Below, piece after piece: positions 7,090 to 9,491 of a stretch of 9,491 nucleotides of DNA. Position 1 is the first letter of the stretch. Each line of letters begins with the position of its first letter. This DNA comes from a virus (taxonomy: Duplodnaviria; Heunggongvirae; Uroviricota; Caudoviricetes). The position numbers and the translations under genes were made by a program. Location: the IMG/VR virus record IMGVR_UViG_2619619129_000006; one strand, written 5' to 3'. The notes below the pieces were generated by a model. That model was not told the origin of the DNA and did not search any database. It saw only the letters and a program-made list of their open reading frames with translations.

Positions 7090-7497
7090 ATGGATACAAG
7101 AACCCTGGGCCAGCGAGTTCTGGCGCGACGAAAAGAATTACGCTTAACACAACGAGAAGCCGCGCGCCTCGCTGGAGTTGCTCACGTCACAATTTCACAA
7201 TGGGAAAGAGACGAAACCCAGCCAGTCGGAAAACGATTGTTTGCTTTAGCGGATGCTCTGAAGTGCTCACCTACATGGCTAATGTTTGGTGACGAAGACA
7301 AGGCACCAGTGCCTGCACAAGAACTTCATGTGGAAACAGAGCTAACTCCCAACCACAAAGAATTGATCGAATTATTCGATGCTCTTCCATCTTCCGAGCA
7401 GGAAGCCTTGCTGTCTGAAATGCGCGCAAGAGTAGAAAACTTCAACAAACTCTTCGAAGAAATGCTTAAAGCGCGTAAAAATAAATCAATAAAATAA
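7090..7497 (+). CDS. dicA: DicA, cI-like HTH repressor of the dicB operon (135 aa)
   Basis: Track ORF; MDTRTLGQRVLARRKELRLTQREAARLAGVAHVTISQWERDETQPVGKRLFALADALKCSPTWLMFGDEDK...; HTH_XRE-type N-terminus; length and context match DicA. Confidence 0.9.
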   Translation: MDTRTLGQRVLARRKELRLTQREAARLAGVAHVTISQWERDETQPVGKRLFALADALKCSPTWLMFGDEDKAPVPAQELHVETELTPNHKELIELFDALPSSEQEALLSEMRARVENFNKLFEEMLKARKNKSIK

Positions 7498-7532
7498 CAT
7501 TCTTTTCAAGTGATTAGTTGCGCCCACCCTTT

Positions 7533-7552
7533 TTGTTAGATCAATCTAACAA
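7533..7552. promoter_or_regulatory. Perfect palindromic operator TTGTTAGA-tcaa-TCTAACAA upstream of the ydfA-dicB operon promoter (putative DicA site)
   Basis: 8/8 complementary arms with a 4-bp spacer; same half-site as 7022-7041. Confidence 0.55.
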
Positions 7553-7559
7553 AAAACAC

Positions 7560-7588
7560 TTGCCTCTCATGTTAGGTTATTCTAAATT
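7560..7588 (+). promoter_or_regulatory. Candidate sigma70 promoter for the ydfABC-dicF-dicB operon (-35 TTGCCT, 17-bp spacer, -10 TAAATT)
   Basis: TTGCCT at 7560-7565 and TAAATT at 7583-7588; a weaker TGTTAG...CTAAAT element overlaps the spacer and -10. Confidence 0.4.
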
Positions 7589-7665
7589 ATTTTCCATCAA
7601 GACACCGCACGGTGTTCTCAGCAAACAGTTCCGCTACCCCGGCGTTAAGGGGAAATGAGGTCAGC

Positions 7666-7821
7666 ATGGATACTATCGATCTTGGCAACAACGAATCTCT
7701 GGTGTACGGCGTGTTTCCAAACCAGGACGGCACGTTCACCGCAATGACGTATACCAAAAGCAAAACGTTTAAAACCGAATCTGGAGCGCGTCGCTGGCTG
7801 GAAAGAAATTCAGGTGGGTGA
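7666..7821 (+). CDS. ydfA: YdfA (51 aa, unknown function)
   Basis: ATG 7666 preceded by GAGG at 7656-7659; MDTIDLGNNESLVYGVFPNQDGTFTAMTYTKSKTFKTESGARRWLERNSGG; TGA at 7819-7821. The track ORF 7612-7821 is the same frame from an upstream start. Confidence 0.8.
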   Translation: MDTIDLGNNESLVYGVFPNQDGTFTAMTYTKSKTFKTESGARRWLERNSGG

Positions 7822-7822
7822 T

Positions 7823-7951
7823 ATGGATTTCGACACAATCATGGAAAAGGCTTACGAAGAATACTTCGAAGGCCTTGCCGAAGGCGAAGAAGCTCTCAGC
7901 TTCAGCGAATTTAAACAGGCGCTTTCCAGTTCGGCAAAATCTAACGGCTGA
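7823..7951 (+). CDS. ydfB: YdfB (42 aa, unknown function)
   Basis: ATG 7823 preceded by GGTGGG; MDFDTIMEKAYEEYFEGLAEGEEALSFSEFKQALSSSAKSNG; TGA 7949-7951. Below the ORF-track length cut-off. Confidence 0.7.
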   Translation: MDFDTIMEKAYEEYFEGLAEGEEALSFSEFKQALSSSAKSNG

Positions 7952-7980
7952 TAAGCGAAACAGCACCGCAAGGAATCAGT

Positions 7981-8199
7981 ATGCAGAAACGAGAACCCGT
8001 TATCATCGCGCCAGACTATACCGATGATGAACTTTATGAGTGGATGCACCAGAAAATTAATGCAGCGCAGGATCTGAAATGGGCTAATGAAGCCAGGGCT
8101 AAGCAGGCTGAAAATCTGTTCTCTCTGGAGCAGGATATCACCAATCTGGAAAAAGCAGCGGCATTAAGCATTGCCAGAATGATTACATACCCGCGTTAA
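7981..8199 (+). CDS. ydfC: YdfC (72 aa, unknown function)
   Basis: Track ORF; AAGGA 7 nt upstream; MQKREPVIIAPDYTDDELYEWMHQKINAAQDLKWANEARAKQAENLFSLEQDITNLEKAAALSIARMITYPR. Confidence 0.8.
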   Translation: MQKREPVIIAPDYTDDELYEWMHQKINAAQDLKWANEARAKQAENLFSLEQDITNLEKAAALSIARMITYPR

Positions 8200-8376
8200 T
8201 AGCTAACCAACGAAGCTAAGGTTGGTAATTAAGGAGTTCTCCACGGTTGTGGCAACCCGCGAAATGGCGCGGCGGTAAGTATGGCGGGGTTATTCCTTCC
8301 CCGTTGAGGACACCGGGTTGTCAGGTTGACCATACGCTTAAGTGACAACCCCGCTGCAACGCCCTCTGTTATCAAT

Positions 8377-8434
8377 TTTCTGGTGACGTTTGGCGGTATC
8401 AGTTTTACTCCGTGACTGCTCTGCCGCCCTTTTT
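8377..8434 (+). ncRNA. dicF: DicF small RNA (antisense regulator of ftsZ), including 3' U-tract
   Basis: TTTCTGGTGACGTTTGGCGGTATCAGTTTTACTCCGTGACTGCTCTGCCGCCC followed by TTTTT matches my memory of the 53-nt DicF sequence; position between ydfC and dicB matches K-12. Confidence 0.85.
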
Positions 8435-8603
8435 AAAGTGAATTTTGTGATGTGGTGAATGCGGCTGAGCGCACGCGGAACAGTTAAAACCAAAAACAGT
8501 GTTATGGGTGGATTCTCTGTATCCGGCGTTAATTGTTAACTGGTTAACGTCACCTGGAGGCACCAGGCACCGCATCACAAAACTCATTGTTGAGGGCGCG
8601 ATA

Positions 8604-8792
8604 ATGAAAACGTTATTACCAAACGTTAATACGTCTGAAGGTTGTTTTGAAATTGGTGTCACTATCAGTAACCCTGTATTTACTGAAGATGCCATTAACA
8701 AGAGAAAACAAGAACGGGAGCTATTAAATAAAATATGCATTGTTTCAATGCTGGCTCGTTTACGTCTGATGCCAAAAGGATGTGCACAATGA
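8604..8792 (+). CDS. dicB: DicB, cell-division inhibitor (62 aa)
   Basis: ATG 8604 preceded by GAGGG; MKTLLPNVNTSEGCFEIGVTISNPVFTEDAINKRKQERELLNKICIVSMLARLRLMPKGCAQ. The track ORF 8499-8792 is the same frame from an upstream start. Confidence 0.9.
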   Translation: MKTLLPNVNTSEGCFEIGVTISNPVFTEDAINKRKQERELLNKICIVSMLARLRLMPKGCAQ

Positions 8793-8980
8793 ATTCAGCA
8801 TTTGCGCTTGTTCTGACAGTTTTTCTTGTTTCCGGAGTGCCAGTTGATATTGCAGTCAGTGTTCACAGGACAATGCAGGAGTGTATGACTGCAGCAACCG
8901 AACAGAAAATTCCCGGTAACTGTTACCCGGTCGATAAAGTTATTCACCAGGATAATATCGAAATCCCGGCAGGTCTTTAA
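8789..8980 (+). CDS. ydfD: YdfD (63 aa; reported as a lytic protein in K-12)
   Basis: ATG 8789-8791 overlaps the dicB stop 8790-8792 (ATGA); MNSAFALVLTVFLVSGVPVDIAVSVHRTMQECMTAATEQKIPGNCYPVDKVIHQDNIEIPAGL with an N-terminal hydrophobic helix. Confidence 0.85.
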   Translation: MNSAFALVLTVFLVSGVPVDIAVSVHRTMQECMTAATEQKIPGNCYPVDKVIHQDNIEIPAGL

Positions 8981-9073
8981 AACAGTTCCGTAATAAATAT
9001 CCGGTTTCATTCTTATATGCCAGCAATGGCAGGGATTTGTTCATCCTTAAATCTGTCATGAGGTTAAAACAAA

Positions 9074-9491
9074 ATGAGTAAAGTCTTTATTTGCGCCGCT
9101 ATTCCTGACGAACTGGCAACAAGGGAAGAAGGCGCTGTGGCTGTAGCCACAGCCATTGAAGCTGGCGACGAACGCCGTGCTCGAGCAAAATTTCACTGGC
9201 AATTCCTGGAACATTATCCGGCTGCTCAGGACTGCGCTTATAAATTTATTGTCTGCGAGGATAAACCTGGTATACCCCGCCCTGCCCTCGATTCATGGGA
9301 TGCTGAATATATGCAGGAAAACCGCTGGGATGAGGATTCTGCTTCTTTTGTCCCGGTTGAGACTGAATCCGATCTGATGAACGTCACTTTTGACAAGCTG
9401 GCCCCTGAAGTACAGAACGCTGTCATGGTTAAGTTCGACACATGTGAAAACATCACCGTTGATATGGTTATTAGCGCACAGGAATTGTTGC
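9074..9491 (+). CDS. ydfE: YdfE-like protein, N-terminal 139 codons; 3' end outside window
   Basis: ATG 9074 preceded by GAGG; MSKVFICAAIPDELATREEGAVAVATAIEAGDERRARAKFHWQFLEHYPAAQDCAYKFIVCEDKPG... open to the window end. Track ORFs 9156-9377 and 9238-9456 are in other frames. Confidence 0.7.
   Translation, partial: MSKVFICAAIPDELATREEGAVAVATAIEAGDERRARAKFHWQFLEHYPAAQDCAYKFIVCEDKPGIPRPALDSWDAEYMQENRWDEDSASFVPVETESDLMNVTFDKLAPEVQNAVMVKFDTCENITVDMVISAQELL

Noticed and set aside
7044-7292. Track ORF of 82 aa (+) overlapping the dicA 5' region
   Set aside because: Out of frame with dicA; dicA is recognisable from ATG 7090.
7587-8049. Track ORFs 7587-7838 (-), 7769-7966 (-), 7852-8049 (-), 7818-8027 (+)
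   Set aside because: Antisense or out of frame relative to ydfA, ydfB and ydfC, which have proper ribosome-binding sites and match the known operon.
8405-8740. Track ORF of 111 aa on the - strand
   Set aside because: Antisense to dicF and dicB.
9156-9456. Track ORFs 9156-9377 (+) and 9238-9456 (-)
   Set aside because: Other frames within ydfE, whose frame from ATG 9074 stays open to the window end.

Overview
This window reads as the immunity and early region of a lambdoid cryptic prophage of the E. coli Qin (Kim) type, interrupted by two insertion sequences. I did not find a large unexplained multi-gene system; what is here is mostly a recognisable module plus decay products and small unexplained elements. 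Left to right: the right-hand ~735 bp of an IS5 copy (transposase on the - strand, running off the window start); flxA (+), whose start codon lies 2 bp beyond the IS5 terminus; a second IS-like unit carrying an IS481/ISNCY-type DDE transposase (-) split by a frameshift in a G6 run; an AT-rich stretch with a candidate small two-helix membrane ORF; a decayed nin-like cluster of short - strand ORFs, two of them carrying in-frame TAG codons; a - strand operon (methyltransferase-like, 140-aa protein, O-like replication initiator with iterons inside its coding sequence, cII-position protein, cro-like dicC); and, divergent from it, dicA followed on the + strand by ydfA-ydfB-ydfC-dicF-dicB-ydfD-ydfE (ydfE runs off the right edge). 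No rRNA, tRNA or CRISPR array was seen. The items most worth a second look are the ori-like iteron array, the stop-interrupted short ORFs, the IS5/flxA junction, the paired DicA-type operators and a small membrane ORF. All family and gene names rest on my recognition of translated sequences and gene order, not on any database search; coordinates were derived by hand from the sequence.
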